DNA of 64,000 nucleotides from an uncultured Pseudomonadota bacterium (GTDB lineage Bacteria; Pseudomonadota; Gammaproteobacteria; Burkholderiales; JALYOK01): NCBI GenBank assembly GCA_902826775.1, contig CADEHE010000003.1, positions 431,892 to 495,891 of the forward strand, read 5' to 3'. Shown piece by piece: positions 62,482 to 64,000 of this stretch (position 1 is its first letter; each line of letters starts with the position of its first letter). The notes under the pieces were generated by a model. It saw only the letters and a program-made list of their open reading frames with translations, ran no database searches and was not told where the DNA came from. The position numbers and the translations under genes were made by a program.

Positions 62482-63801
62482 ATGAATGCCCCATCCGATC
62501 TGCCTCCCGGCAAGGCAGAGAGCAGCCTCGCGCCGCAGGAAATCTTCCACACCCTGCGCCAGACGACCGAGCAACTCGCCGCACCGCTGAGCGCTGAAGA
62601 TTGCGCCATCCAGTCGATGCCGGACGCCAGTCCGACGAAATGGCACTTGGCGCACACCAGTTGGTTCTTCGAAACGTTTCTGCTCGAAAGCGGCTTGCCC
62701 GGCTACCGGCACTTCCATCCGCAGTTTCGCGCGCTGTTCAATTCATACTACAACGCGGTCGGCGACAAGCATCCGCGTCCCGAGCGCGGCATGCTCTCGC
62801 GCCCGTCGCTCGACGAGGTCTATGCGTATCGGCGTCACGTCGATAACGCCATGCTGCAATGGCTTTCCCGCGCGCAGTCGAGCGAAGTGCTGGCGATGTT
62901 CACGCTCGGGCTAAACCACGAACAGCAACATCAGGAGTTGATCCTGATGGACATCAAACATATGCTCTCGCGCAATCCGCTACAGCCGGCGTATCGCAAC
63001 GCGCCCGCGCGTGCCGCGATCACCGCTGCCCCGCCGCTGCACTGGCATTCTTACTCTGCCGGACTGTGCGAAGTCGGCCATGCCGGCGCAGCACTCGGCG
63101 CCGGTGGCGGCGTCGATTTTTTCTTCGACAACGAAGGACCGCGACACCAAGTGTGGCTGGCAGACTTCGCGCTGGCCTCGCGCCTCGTTACCAATGGCGA
63201 ATATCTGGAATTCATGCAAGACGGCGGCTACACTCGAGCGGAGCTTTGGCTAGCGGAAGGCTGGGACGCGATCAACGCACACCATTGGCGCGCACCACTG
63301 TATTGGCAGCAGCGCGACGGCCAATGGCTGCATTTCACACTGCATGGCTTGCAGCCCATTGCGCCGTCGGATCCGGTGCAACACGTCAGTTTCTTCGAAG
63401 CGGAAGCCTTTGCTCAATGGGCATCGCGGCAAAGCCAGTGGCAAGACGCGCGCCTGCCGACAGAATTCGAATGGGAATCGGCTGCGGCTCAGCAGACCAT
63501 CACGGGCAACTTCTTGGATGGCCAGACGCTGCGCGCACTGCCGGCGGCGCACCAGAGTTCCGCGCCGCAACAGATTTACGGCGATCTATGGGAGTGGACG
63601 CGCAGCGCCTACGCGCCCTACCCCGGATTTCGCCCGGCAACGGGCGCGGTCGGCGAATACAACGGCAAGTTCATGGCGAACCAATACGTGCTGCGCGGCG
63701 GCTCGTTCGCCACACCACGCGATCACATCCGCGCCACTTACCGCAACTTCTTTCCGGCGCATGCCCGCTGGCAATTCAGCGGGATTCGTTTGGCACGCTA
63801 G
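62482..63801 (+). CDS. egtB: EgtB-type iron-dependent sulfoxide synthase (DinB-like domain plus FGE-sulfatase-like domain)
   Basis: 'SPTKWHLAHTSWFFETFLL' and 'LGLNHEQQHQELILMDIKH' form the three-His iron site. C-terminal 'YGDLWEWTRSAY...VLRGGSFATP...RNFFPAHARWQFSGIRLAR'. Confidence 0.8.
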   Translation: MNAPSDLPPGKAESSLAPQEIFHTLRQTTEQLAAPLSAEDCAIQSMPDASPTKWHLAHTSWFFETFLLESGLPGYRHFHPQFRALFNSYYNAVGDKHPRPERGMLSRPSLDEVYAYRRHVDNAMLQWLSRAQSSEVLAMFTLGLNHEQQHQELILMDIKHMLSRNPLQPAYRNAPARAAITAAPPLHWHSYSAGLCEVGHAGAALGAGGGVDFFFDNEGPRHQVWLADFALASRLVTNGEYLEFMQDGGYTRAELWLAEGWDAINAHHWRAPLYWQQRDGQWLHFTLHGLQPIAPSDPVQHVSFFEAEAFAQWASRQSQWQDARLPTEFEWESAAAQQTITGNFLDGQTLRALPAAHQSSAPQQIYGDLWEWTRSAYAPYPGFRPATGAVGEYNGKFMANQYVLRGGSFATPRDHIRATYRNFFPAHARWQFSGIRLAR

Positions 63802-63827
63802 CGCGCAGTTGGCACACCAGCGCCGGC

Positions 63828-64000
63828 TTATTTGCCGCCGTTTTTCTCGAAATCGTTGATCGCTTCGCGCGCGTTTCTGAACGCATCCACGGCTGCAGGA
63901 ATCCCGCAGTAAATCCCCACCACCAGCAGAATTTCGCGGATCTCATCTTTGGTGACGCCGTTGCGTAGTGCGCCGCCGACGTGCATCTTGAACTCGTGCG
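63828..64000 (-). CDS. carboxymuconolactone decarboxylase family protein (partial; N-terminus beyond the window)
   Basis: My minus-strand translation reads '...HEFKMHVGGALRNGVTKDEIREILLVVGIYCGIPAAVDAFRNAREAINDFEKNGGK*'. Confidence 0.7.
   Translation of the reverse strand, partial: HEFKMHVGGALRNGVTKDEIREILLVVGIYCGIPAAVDAFRNAREAINDFEKNGGK

Noticed and set aside
1-64000. Scan for CRISPR arrays, tRNA/rRNA genes, IS elements, integrases and phage genes
   Set aside because: I found no regularly spaced short repeats, no tRNA-like cloverleaf regions and no transposase or integrase motifs in any ORF. The accessory region therefore has no visible mobility gene.

Overview
High-GC chromosomal segment: my spot counts of 60-nt stretches give about 62% GC in ordinary genes. 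The gene order looks betaproteobacterial (inference): glyA-nrdR-ribD-ribE-ribBX-ribH-nusB-thiL-pgpA-pncC, and pmbA/yjgA-mog. I support about 58 CDS or pseudogenes. I recognised no rRNA, tRNA, CRISPR array, transposase or integrase.

The core part (1-47 kb) is housekeeping and catabolism:
- acyl-CoA metabolism, ETF, and an RND pump
- sulfide dehydrogenase FccAB and CoA-transferase
- the riboflavin/nusB/thiL block and a fused indolepyruvate:ferredoxin oxidoreductase

The accessory part (about 47.2-59.1 kb) begins at the 3' end of an ArsR-rhodanese regulator gene and carries:
- a vanadium-haloperoxidase-like gene
- an 89%-identical remnant of the rhodanese 3' end
- a secreted S8 protease
- a Sec-signal RHS toxin with an unrecognised, AT-richer 140-aa C-terminal domain
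- a zinc-ribbon/2-TM candidate immunity gene
- a frameshifted orphan rhs fragment that shares a near-perfect 612-bp direct repeat with the main gene

The RHS protein also has a roughly 200-aa domain inserted in its core domain.

The best candidate for an undescribed system is the co-directional four-gene cluster at 59.2-63.8 kb:
- an ACAD-fold flavoprotein lacking the catalytic Glu
- a leaderless PhnD-like binding-fold protein
- a Cys-less TusA-like domain fused to a diiron-carboxylate domain
- an EgtB-type sulfoxide synthase with no adjacent egtD

All functional calls rest on motif recognition by eye. No database search was run.
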